DNA of 64,000 bases from Promethearchaeota archaeon (lineage in GTDB: Archaea > Asgardarchaeota > Hermodarchaeia > Hermodarchaeales > Hermodarchaeaceae), in contig JBHLPH010000002.1 in the NCBI GenBank assembly GCA_048939625.1, positions 87,559 through 151,558 of the forward strand. Direction: 5' to 3'. The translations under genes were made by a program, and so were the position numbers. The notes below the pieces were generated by a model that was not told the DNA's origin, ran no database searches, and was given only the letters and a program-made list of their open reading frames with translations. Positions 29,156 through 37,562 of the stretch are shown here, in pieces. How positions within the stretch are numbered: the first letter of the stretch is position 1; every line of letters starts with the position of its first letter.

Positions 29156-32100
29156 CAGTTTCTGGTCTCGACCGAGACCTTCGAGTTGATCGAGTTCATG
29201 CCAGATATCAACTTCTTCGGCTTCTCGTTCATCAACTGAGAGCGCGATTGGAACGGCGCTTGTAACAAAGGCAATGTTGACGTTGCCATAGGCGTCTTCC
29301 ATTATATCGCCCATTTGGTCAAGGCGATCGGATATCCGTCGCTGATCCCGACCGGAAAGTTTTGTCATCTTTCCTTTACCAAGAGTAGTTGACATTTTTC
29401 GCATTTTGCGAACCAGCCAAGGAATCGCGAACACGCGCGTATATGCAACCCATGCAATGAGAATGATGATACCAATCAAAGCCGCTATGAGCCCCCAAGT
29501 GATGATATTTCGGGAGAATTCGGGGACTTGGACGATAAGTTGGAGCTGGAATGTCGCTGGTGCGTAGTTCGTCTTTGAAGCCACGATATTGAGCTCCCAA
29601 ACTCCTTCGAAGAGTACACTGAGCCCAATTGCTTCATAGACACCAGGTTCGACTTCTTGCATGAGAATGGGGCCAAGAGTCACCCCGGGAATATCAAGAG
29701 TCAAAACTGCTCCCGATATGTATGTAAAGTGGGCGAGGTCAGTGAAATTAACCCGGATTCGAAAGAGGTCTCCAACATTAAGCTCATGAAAGTCAGTGTC
29801 AAGAATTGGATTAAGCAGAAATAAATCTGTAGGGATTAGAGTTACCTCGATTGTAAAACTAAGAATTGATATTTCATAATTTTGCCCTGAGAATCCCGCA
29901 GCTGCAGAGTAGGAACCTATAGGTACTGTGCTGGAATTGATGATAACGCGGTAGAGACCATTGCCGATATATTCAATGGATTGGAAGCCTACTTGGTAAC
30001 TGATTTGTGCTGTTGCATTGTGAATAAGTTGGTTCCACATTCCTGAGTAATTGAATGTGAGAATTAACAGGTCATTTATAGGCACCTGTAAGGTGCTGAA
30101 GTCAGTGATGCTATTGTTGCTGAGCCCTGCTTGATCTGCAGTGTATGCGTCGATGAGGGCAGCAGTAGTTGGTTGAGGAGCGACGTATAACAAAACTTGT
30201 GCAGTGGCATCTTCATATGCTGCAATTTGCGCGCGTATCGTAATGGTGTATGTGCCTACCGTGATTGCTTCAACTCGGAATGTGGTGGCGTACCAGCCAT
30301 CGGTTCCGTTGGGCTGAAGAATTCCGGAAAACCCAATGCCAAAGAACTGCGGTGCCGCCCCTGTAATTGGTTGATTGGTTGCCGTATCATTAAGATACAC
30401 AGTAAGGGTAATTGAGTCGTTCCAAAACACACCATACGATTGGTATTCTGGGATAATCTGGACTTCGCGACCTCGAATAACAATACTAATTGAGAGGAAA
30501 GCTTGCCAGTAGTCCACGGGGGCGTTGACATCGAGTAGAATCCGGAGCTGGTATGTCTCATTGACCAAATAGCCTGCAGCATTGAAGGTAACAGAATAAT
30601 TACCGGGTTCACCGCCAATAGGATTGAGAGTTCCTGAATCAACATTGCTGTGAGTAGAGTTGGATAAAGTCCAGTTCGCGACATAGGGAATCGATGTTAA
30701 AGTTGCATCAATCGGAGCTCCGGCGACAAGGTCCCAGTACTGGACGACGAATTGGGTTGTGGTGTTGTAGCCCACTTCGATGTAGGGGATAGTGCTGGGG
30801 CGGACCAGTTGGAGTTCAGTGGGATGTTCCGTAGCCACAACCCCGATCGGCACATTAGTGCTGGTGGTATCGCTGACAGAAATAGGGGTGGTTTGGTTAT
30901 GGACGCGGAATTGATTGATGTAGCGGATATTGACATCATAAAGACCAGGAAGCAGATACGTGGAAGCTGTCCCTGTTGGTAGTGTTGCATTTAAGGCAAA
31001 CACTGGCTTGCCGGTTGTGGCATTATCAAGGAATATTTCTGCAAATGTAACTAGGTTGTTGTTAGTATACCAATCCACGACGTGAACGGTTGTGTCGCTG
31101 AGCTGGCAGTGTATAGTTTGTTGCCATCCACGTTGGGTAGTATGATTTAATGTAATCTGGGTGGTGTTAACGAGAAAGGTGACTGAACCTCCATAAGTCG
31201 AAAGTAGGGTATAGTTAGAGATAATCGTGTAGAGTCCATCTTCTAATTTGAGGAATGTCACATTAGCGTTTACAGTGGGACCGCTTTGCACGAGGTCCAT
31301 GGAGCTGTTGTAGATGTAGACGTTAATATTGGATATATTAGAGCCTTCGACGTCTTTAGTCGTGCAGTTTAAGATGTTGTGCCGGAATAGTTCCTGTTCT
31401 CCCAATTCAATGGTTATTGGATTATTAATTTGAAAGGTAAGTGATCGCACATCGGTATAATTTGTGCCATATGCACTGGTAAAGACGGTATAATCATAGG
31501 TGAAGGTCTCACCAGTAGGCATAATGAAGAGGTCGCCTTGATGACCTTCACGGAGAATCTGTTCGAGCATGGTGTTATCGCCCATATTAAGCACAGCAAG
31601 TGACAGAACTTCCCAGCCCACAGGATTAACCTTGGCAATGAGACCAAGAGTAGGGTGCTGGGTTCCATCGTAACCGGCTTCTCCCGAGTCATCATACCAA
31701 ACCATCCAAGGTTCAATTGGGAAGTCTCGACGGCGCCCATCAACCGATTCATTATATAATCCATATTTTGAGCCGATCCAAGCCTTGCGGTTTTGAACGG
31801 CATCAATTGTGCCTGGGGTACCAGACCCACAAGTGAAGGTCATAATATGCGGCCAGTCACCATAATTTTTCACATGACATTGTGTGTTTTGCCATTGTGG
31901 ATTCGCTGTTATTTCAAGAATCACATTTACTAGGGCACTATCACCATGCCAATAGAAGGTATATGTAATTGTATAATTCAGGAAGCCAGCTGCGCCATTA
32001 TTTCCACGATTAACAGTGTCAGATGTCTGATTACACCATGGCGAATTTTGATTACAGTAACCACCATCACTAGTAATAATTTTGATTCTTGTGAAAAGAG

Positions 32101-33094
32101 AGCCGTCTTCAATAATCCAAACTCCTGCTCCTGCAATCCAAGCCTCTGCAGGATTATCAGGAGCAACATTTGCTCGATTGAAAATAGTTGATCCCGATCC
32201 AGTTGTTGAATCGACGCCCTCAGGATCTAATGCGAATTCACCTAATAACATGTATTGTAGATTTGTTCCAGATCCCGTTCCGTTATTCGTGTCAAGAGCA
32301 TCGGTATCACCGTAGCGTACAGCAATTAGACCACAACAGGGTCCGCCCCAGTCAGAGCCTCCACGGAGCATGTCAGTGAGGAGAATGGCAGCGTGTTCGC
32401 TTGAAGTTGCAGCGGAGCGGATGTAGACTATGTCAACATTAGTGTAGTTTGTTGAGGTCACGTCCGAGTAGACCCATGGCATGGTCGAATCGTCATTGAT
32501 AGGACCGTTGGCGGGTATAGCAGTAATCTGGTCTATATATGTGGGGGCAACGGAATAATCATCATCATAGTAGATGTAAAAGACTTCTTGATGATTCAGC
32601 GTGATGTTGACCAGAAAACAGATAGTGAGTGAGTCATAGAAGGTCGTAGGGCCTGTTGTGTGAGTGGTGGTATTCCACACTTGGGAGGGTACTTCGTGCC
32701 AAGTCATGAGATCCCAGTAGGCGACGGCGATGATGTTTTCACGGGCAACATCACCTGAAAAGGTGAGGTAAACATGAACTGGTTCCATTGTTCTGGATGC
32801 GATATCCGGTTCGATGATGGTGATTTCGCGACGATAATCGTAATTAGTATCCCACCACTCGACGAGTGTTTCTCGACCTGTTCCTTGTGGATTGTCGGGA
32901 ACGGGAGGTGCCCCAGCTTCTGAAGGAATTACGATGAGGTTGTTCTGAGGTTGAAAAGAACTAGCAATAGTGGTTGTTTCGAGTTCTGGATTTCCCTCCG
33001 CGGTAAGGGGTGTGGCGGGTATCATGGCGGGGACTGTAAATTCGAGTAAGAAGAAGATTAGAAAGAGCCCTAGGGCTAGATGTGTTTTTCGCAT
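28850..33094 (-). CDS. Giant type I membrane surface protein, array member 4 (1414 aa): DUF2341-like N-terminus, distinct head, ~4 Ig-like repeats, TM helix, tail with 2 helical modules
   Basis: AGGAG SD; signal peptide; WWDTNYDYRREITI...EVPSQV...YIYYD pattern typical of DUF2341-type domains; LQPNGTDGWY repeat and tail shared with the other three. Confidence 0.85.
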   Translation of the reverse strand: MRKTHLALGLFLIFFLLEFTVPAMIPATPLTAEGNPELETTTIASSFQPQNNLIVIPSEAGAPPVPDNPQGTGRETLVEWWDTNYDYRREITIIEPDIASRTMEPVHVYLTFSGDVARENIIAVAYWDLMTWHEVPSQVWNTTTHTTGPTTFYDSLTICFLVNITLNHQEVFYIYYDDDYSVAPTYIDQITAIPANGPINDDSTMPWVYSDVTSTNYTNVDIVYIRSAATSSEHAAILLTDMLRGGSDWGGPCCGLIAVRYGDTDALDTNNGTGSGTNLQYMLLGEFALDPEGVDSTTGSGSTIFNRANVAPDNPAEAWIAGAGVWIIEDGSLFTRIKIITSDGGYCNQNSPWCNQTSDTVNRGNNGAAGFLNYTITYTFYWHGDSALVNVILEITANPQWQNTQCHVKNYGDWPHIMTFTCGSGTPGTIDAVQNRKAWIGSKYGLYNESVDGRRRDFPIEPWMVWYDDSGEAGYDGTQHPTLGLIAKVNPVGWEVLSLAVLNMGDNTMLEQILREGHQGDLFIMPTGETFTYDYTVFTSAYGTNYTDVRSLTFQINNPITIELGEQELFRHNILNCTTKDVEGSNISNINVYIYNSSMDLVQSGPTVNANVTFLKLEDGLYTIISNYTLLSTYGGSVTFLVNTTQITLNHTTQRGWQQTIHCQLSDTTVHVVDWYTNNNLVTFAEIFLDNATTGKPVFALNATLPTGTASTYLLPGLYDVNIRYINQFRVHNQTTPISVSDTTSTNVPIGVVATEHPTELQLVRPSTIPYIEVGYNTTTQFVVQYWDLVAGAPIDATLTSIPYVANWTLSNSTHSNVDSGTLNPIGGEPGNYSVTFNAAGYLVNETYQLRILLDVNAPVDYWQAFLSISIVIRGREVQIIPEYQSYGVFWNDSITLTVYLNDTATNQPITGAAPQFFGIGFSGILQPNGTDGWYATTFRVEAITVGTYTITIRAQIAAYEDATAQVLLYVAPQPTTAALIDAYTADQAGLSNNSITDFSTLQVPINDLLILTFNYSGMWNQLIHNATAQISYQVGFQSIEYIGNGLYRVIINSSTVPIGSYSAAAGFSGQNYEISILSFTIEVTLIPTDLFLLNPILDTDFHELNVGDLFRIRVNFTDLAHFTYISGAVLTLDIPGVTLGPILMQEVEPGVYEAIGLSVLFEGVWELNIVASKTNYAPATFQLQLIVQVPEFSRNIITWGLIAALIGIIILIAWVAYTRVFAIPWLVRKMRKMSTTLGKGKMTKLSGRDQRRISDRLDQMGDIMEDAYGNVNIAFVTSAVPIALSVDEREAEEVDIWHELDQLEGLGRDQKLELFEEMKRIPAKDRIWFLEDLKHQMADGTRFKRAPALPPEGLLDKTAEEQIIQARLDAIPTLSEREKKTLFKQISSLPPEDREEVFETLKDQYETPSEEEE

Positions 33095-33252
33095 CCCAAA
33101 TCGCTCCTTAGTGGAGTGTTGACATATGTCGGTAGTGACTAGCCAGAAATTGTGCTTTAACGGTTTTGCCTTTAACTGAGATGGTTCCGTTTAACTGTGG
33201 ATTCTGCGAGGTAATTTCTTCACGCGTTGGATGAATATTGGTGTGGAAAATC

Positions 33253-34017
33253 CTATTTATCCACCACTTTGGGATCACGTTTTTCGAAAAACGCTTTGAT
33301 TCCTTCTTTGGCATCTTCGGTTTCAAATACTTCTCCGAAATAGCGGGCTTCCAGTTTCAAGCCATCTTCGATGGGCGTGTACAGAGCACGTTTGAGGGCT
33401 TTCTTAGCAAGTTTGATTGCCTCAAGGCCACGAGCCGCTATCCGTTCGGCAAGGTGCAGGGCAGTAGGCATGAGTTGGCTAGGGGGAACGACTTTGTAGA
33501 CGAAGTTGCCCATTTCAGCAGCTGGGATGATGTCACCGGTGAAGATGAGTTCACGTGCGCGTTGGGGGTCCATCCAGCGTTGGAGGCGTTGGGTTCCACC
33601 CCATCCGGGGATAATGCCAAGTTTGATTTCGGTTTGTCCGAAGCGGGCGTTTTCAGAGGCGATGATGAAATCACACGCTTGTGAGAGTTCCATGCCACCA
33701 CCGAGACAGAAACCATTAACAGCCATGATGATGACTTTGCTGTGTTGCTCTAAGAAGAGAGTAAAATCTTGACCCATTCGTGATACCTTTTCAGCACCCT
33801 TAGCGTCTAGCCCTTCGAATTGTTTGATGTTGGCACCGCCAATGAAGAAGCGATCGCCAGCGCCGGTGATGATGATGACTTTGGTGTCATCTGAATCCAA
33901 TTCCGTGAGGACTTTTTTGAGTTGGTTGAAGATCTCTTGGTTTAATGCATTTGCGGGAGGGTTGTTGATGGTGATGGTTGCTATCTGATTTTCTTTTTTG
34001 ACTTCAATTTGGGACAT
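33253..34017 (-). CDS. Enoyl-CoA hydratase (crotonase family)
   Basis: NNPPANAL, FIGGANI, GGGMEL, QTEIKLGIIPGWGGTQRL. Confidence 0.93.
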   Translation of the reverse strand: MSQIEVKKENQIATITINNPPANALNQEIFNQLKKVLTELDSDDTKVIIITGAGDRFFIGGANIKQFEGLDAKGAEKVSRMGQDFTLFLEQHSKVIIMAVNGFCLGGGMELSQACDFIIASENARFGQTEIKLGIIPGWGGTQRLQRWMDPQRARELIFTGDIIPAAEMGNFVYKVVPPSQLMPTALHLAERIAARGLEAIKLAKKALKRALYTPIEDGLKLEARYFGEVFETEDAKEGIKAFFEKRDPKVVDK

Positions 34018-34111
34018 GATATGTTTCTCCCGAGGGTTTCTTGATGGTTCTTACCGGTTTGAAGTTCCTTTTACTTGTTTGCCTTTTGAAATGTGATGAA
34101 TAACCCTGACC

Positions 34112-34150
34112 TTTATAGAAGAGACCGTGGCAAAGAAGAACAAAGAGGTG
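34112..34150 (+). promoter_or_regulatory. Candidate TATA box and SD for the TIM-barrel/PHP gene pair
   Basis: TTTATA at 34112-34117 and GAGGTG at 34145-34150 ahead of TTG/ATG at 34155/34158. Confidence 0.4.
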
Positions 34151-34154
34151 GACG

Positions 34155-35048
34155 TTGATGCGCTTTGGTATTACAGCATTGGATTGGGCTACAGTCTTTA
34201 ACCAATTGACCGAAGGTGGCTTCTTTGATTTAAGCAAGTTTGACTTTGCTGAAATTGTACGGTTAACTCATCAACACGGATTCTCCTTAATGGAACTAAC
34301 CCTTGATCTTGGGTATGTAGTTCCAGGCGCTTTATCCGAGGACCAGATTACTAATTTGCTGGTGGCGAAAGAAGAACTGGATTTAACCTATACGGCGCAT
34401 CTTCCCTTATGGTCTATTGAACCAGCGAGTCCCAATCCTTTTATTCGTGAAGCGTCTGTTGCCTGCCTTGTTGAAGCGGTTCAACGTGCAAAGCCACTGG
34501 ACCCAGAAGCATACGTGGTACATAATGCGGGTTGGATTGGTGCGGAATTCAGCGAATTCGATATTGGTGGAGATGACCAACCCATTATTTCGTTGATAAT
34601 GGGGAATCTAGCTGAACAAAGTATTCGCGAAGTAATCAAGCAGACGAACGTCCCATCACGCAAGTTCGCTTTAGAATCCATCGAGTTTCCCTTTGAAATC
34701 ACATGGGCCATTGCAGAAAAGCTCGATACATCGGTGTGTCTCGATACGGGCCACGTTTTATCAGGACAGTCAGGGTCGACGGATGTTCTCGAGTTTGTAA
34801 ACCAATATTATAACCGATTACTGGAGATTCATCTACACGATGGATCTCTGAAGCGTGTGGAAGGGAAACGATTCCCCTACTATGATCATAAGGTGTTGGG
34901 TCAAGGTGACTTACCGATCGTAGAGTTTTTAACTGCCCTGGACGAGCGGAGGTTTGATGGCCCCATAATATTTGAATTGAACCGAGTTGATGCATTAGAA
35001 TCACTGAAGGTCATCCGAAAACTTTTACCTGATTTTGCGATTGACTGA
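34155..35048 (+). CDS. Xylose-isomerase-like/AP-endonuclease-2 TIM-barrel metalloenzyme (possibly CbiR-like phosphodiesterase)
   Basis: YTAHLP, YVVH, ALES, CLDTGH, IHLHDG, DH and IFE metal-ligand pattern. Confidence 0.75.
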   Translation: MMRFGITALDWATVFNQLTEGGFFDLSKFDFAEIVRLTHQHGFSLMELTLDLGYVVPGALSEDQITNLLVAKEELDLTYTAHLPLWSIEPASPNPFIREASVACLVEAVQRAKPLDPEAYVVHNAGWIGAEFSEFDIGGDDQPIISLIMGNLAEQSIREVIKQTNVPSRKFALESIEFPFEITWAIAEKLDTSVCLDTGHVLSGQSGSTDVLEFVNQYYNRLLEIHLHDGSLKRVEGKRFPYYDHKVLGQGDLPIVEFLTALDERRFDGPIIFELNRVDALESLKVIRKLLPDFAID

Positions 35049-35072
35049 TATGATTGTGAGGGAAGCCCTGCT

Positions 35073-35972
35073 GTGATACGATTCGTGGATTTGCATACCC
35101 ATACAACCGCCTCAGATGGGACTGAGTCGCCAACACAAGTGGTTAGTAAAGCGCATGCCTTGGGATTGGTAGGAGTGGCTATCACCGATCATGATACGAT
35201 TCAAGGTGTGGATGAAGGCATACGTGCGGGCATCAATATGGGGATAGAAGTGATTCCCGGAGTCGAAATTAGCTGCAACTGGCTAGAGCACCAACTCCAT
35301 CTCCTGGGATTCTACATTAACACCCAAGATTCAGAATTGCAGGCTCTGCTGGACTGGATGCGTGTTGGACGAGAACAACGCCTATCGAAAATGATTGCAA
35401 AGCTTAGAACCTTAGGCATTGTGGTTGACCCCCAGGAGGTGGAAGCCGAGGCGAAAGGCGAATCCACTGGACGCCCCCATTTAGCCCGTGTCCTCATGCG
35501 TCATAATCATGTTGCCACGCTTGAAGAAGCCTTTGACAAATATCTGGGGTATGGTCGTCCAGCTTACGTGGATCGTCCACGACCGACAATTAAACAGGGA
35601 ATTCAAACTATCTTGCATGCGAAGGGCGTGCCAATAATTGCCCATCCCCTGACGGTTGATGCTGATTTAGGAGTGATGCTTGCAGAACTCAAACCGCTTC
35701 ACATCCAGGGAGTTGAGTATTATTATCCATATAAGCAGGTTGCAGGTAAATCAGACCACTGGTATGCGACCATAGAACCCCGGCAAACCGAGCTAATGAA
35801 ACTCGCAAAAGGTTATGAACTGATTATTACAGGAGGCTCTGATTACCACGGGGCGATTCCAGAGAAAGCCGATTTGGGATCCGTTGCAGTTCCCGTGGAA
35901 ACGCTTGAGATGCTTCGGCGTCGGTATAAGGAGCTTTTCGGAAGCCTTCCGTTCGCCAAAGGCCCTGCTTAA
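35073..35972 (+). CDS. PHP-domain phosphoesterase (TrpH/YciV-like)
   Basis: DLHTHTTASDG, AITDHD, GVEIS, HLLG, GRPHLA, AHP, GGSDYHG. Confidence 0.92.
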   Translation: MIRFVDLHTHTTASDGTESPTQVVSKAHALGLVGVAITDHDTIQGVDEGIRAGINMGIEVIPGVEISCNWLEHQLHLLGFYINTQDSELQALLDWMRVGREQRLSKMIAKLRTLGIVVDPQEVEAEAKGESTGRPHLARVLMRHNHVATLEEAFDKYLGYGRPAYVDRPRPTIKQGIQTILHAKGVPIIAHPLTVDADLGVMLAELKPLHIQGVEYYYPYKQVAGKSDHWYATIEPRQTELMKLAKGYELIITGGSDYHGAIPEKADLGSVAVPVETLEMLRRRYKELFGSLPFAKGPA

Positions 35973-36035
35973 TGATTGACAAGATTTAAAAACCTGTTTT
36001 CCTGTCACACCCTTAGACAAGAGATACGTGTTCCA

Positions 36036-36213
36036 CGTCGTGTCTCGATCATTTGATTTACATGATTTGATTCGAGACGGAACGACGGTAATTCACCTGC
36101 ACGAAGAATACAGCGAAAAGACTGATTCTTCAGATGAGGCAGCGTGAACGAAACACCTAGCTAACCTGGAATACCTGAATCAGTAGAGCTTGATTCAGAG
36201 TCAAGGGTTGACT
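36036..36213. other. Intergenic cluster of four successive inverted repeats; candidate structured RNA or regulatory element
   Basis: Stems at 36036-36087, 36092-36148, 36175-36198 (CTGAATCA-N8-TGATTCAG) and 36199-36213 (AGTCAA-GGG-TTGACT). Confidence 0.45.
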
Positions 36214-36248
36214 TGTCACACTTACCTAACAGAGGGAATGAAAGAAAA

Positions 36249-37562
36249 ATGACAAAAACAACCTTCCTCGGCGGCTGCCGTCAAGTAGGAGCCTCAGCAG
36301 TTCTCATTGAACAAGCAGGCACCCGCGTCGTTATGGATTATGGTACTGCCTTCAATGGTACCCAACGTGTGCCGCTACCAATTTCCACACGGAATCTCGT
36401 TAGCGTGCTTTCTCACGCACATTTAGACCATAGTGGAAGCCTACCACTAATTGCTGGGAGTCAGACGCATAAGGTCCCCATGTATTCAACGACTTTGACC
36501 AAGGAGTTAACCCAACTTTTGCTTATGGATATGCTCCGTATCGGAGGAGAGACCCTGGCATTTGAGCGACCGGAGATTCAAGCCCTTCTTCGTAATACCA
36601 ACACTCTCTCTTATGGAGAACCTGTTCAGATCCACCCGAAAATCAAACTCACCTTATACGATGCCGGTCATATCCCAGGAAGCGCCTCCATTCTCGTCGA
36701 AACCGAAGCCAATGGCGGACCTGCAGTCCGAATCCTTTACACCGGCGACCTTAACACAACCAATACCCGTTTAGTGAACGGCGCTCCATCCCTGCGAGCA
36801 CTCGGAGATCTTGATGCCATTATCGTTGAAAGCACATATGCACAAGAAGAACATCCAACACGCCGTAATGTTGAAACCGAATTTGTAGAAACAGCTCGGT
36901 CCTCATTAGAATCAGGAGGTACCGTCCTAATCCCTTCTTTTGCCGTTGGACGAGCTCAAGAAATACTTGCAGTTCTATATCAGCACCGTCATCGTGGTTT
37001 AGACTTCCCAATTTTCATTGATGGAATGGCGCGGAAAGTCACTCGAATAATGCAACAGCACTCACACTCTTTTACAGGTGGATCACTTGTATCCAAAGCT
37101 GCAAAACAATCTGTCTTTATTCGAAATAGGGCTGACCGAAAGGTAGCACTCGATGAGCCAGCAGTTATCATTGCACCCGCGGGTATGCTCAAAGGCGGGA
37201 CTGCACAATTGTATCTTCGTAATATCGCGAGCGATTCACGTAGTAGTGTCTTATTGGTAGGAAAGCAGCTCCCTGGAACACCCGGTGCTGAACTTCTTGA
37301 TACTGGAAAAATCCAACTGAGCGATAAAGGTCAAGCGCCTGAAACATTTCAGGTTAAAGGAAAAGTGAGGAGCTTCGATTTTTCCTGTCATGTTGGGCGC
37401 CAAGAAGTCTTGAACTATCTTAAGCAGGCGAAAGGAAACCCGACAATCTTAACGATGCATGGAGAACCAGCATCCTGTGAAAATCTAGCACACACTCTTC
37501 GAATGCAGTTTGGATTCAAGGCAAAAGCCGCGACATGTGGCGAGACTATTCGATTCAACTAG
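36249..37562 (+). CDS. Beta-CASP metallo-beta-lactamase-fold ribonuclease (archaeal CPSF-like, no KH domains)
   Basis: LGGCRQVGAS, SHAHLDHSG, AGHIPGS, YTGD, ESTY, FAVGRAQE, FSCH, MHGE; ATG at 36249 preferred. Confidence 0.9.
   Translation: MTKTTFLGGCRQVGASAVLIEQAGTRVVMDYGTAFNGTQRVPLPISTRNLVSVLSHAHLDHSGSLPLIAGSQTHKVPMYSTTLTKELTQLLLMDMLRIGGETLAFERPEIQALLRNTNTLSYGEPVQIHPKIKLTLYDAGHIPGSASILVETEANGGPAVRILYTGDLNTTNTRLVNGAPSLRALGDLDAIIVESTYAQEEHPTRRNVETEFVETARSSLESGGTVLIPSFAVGRAQEILAVLYQHRHRGLDFPIFIDGMARKVTRIMQQHSHSFTGGSLVSKAAKQSVFIRNRADRKVALDEPAVIIAPAGMLKGGTAQLYLRNIASDSRSSVLLVGKQLPGTPGAELLDTGKIQLSDKGQAPETFQVKGKVRSFDFSCHVGRQEVLNYLKQAKGNPTILTMHGEPASCENLAHTLRMQFGFKAKAATCGETIRFN

Noticed and set aside
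10777-29239. Similar plus-strand ORFs recurring at 10777, 23849/24046 and 28887/28937 (RVPSAIC/W...NQ.RS)
   Set aside because: They are the reverse-complement shadow of the conserved tail, not an independent antisense family.
10650-33094. Diversity-generating retroelement, shufflon or phase-variation machinery acting on the array
   Set aside because: No reverse transcriptase, recombinase, adenine-specific TR/VR pair or promoterless cassettes seen; each gene has its own SD, signal peptide and stop.
10650-33094. Interpreting the giant proteins as ordinary S-layer proteins, secreted hydrolases or contact-dependent toxins
   Set aside because: The long conserved cytoplasmic domain does not fit a plain S-layer anchor; no catalytic motif seen; the C-terminus is constant, with no immunity-like small genes between members.
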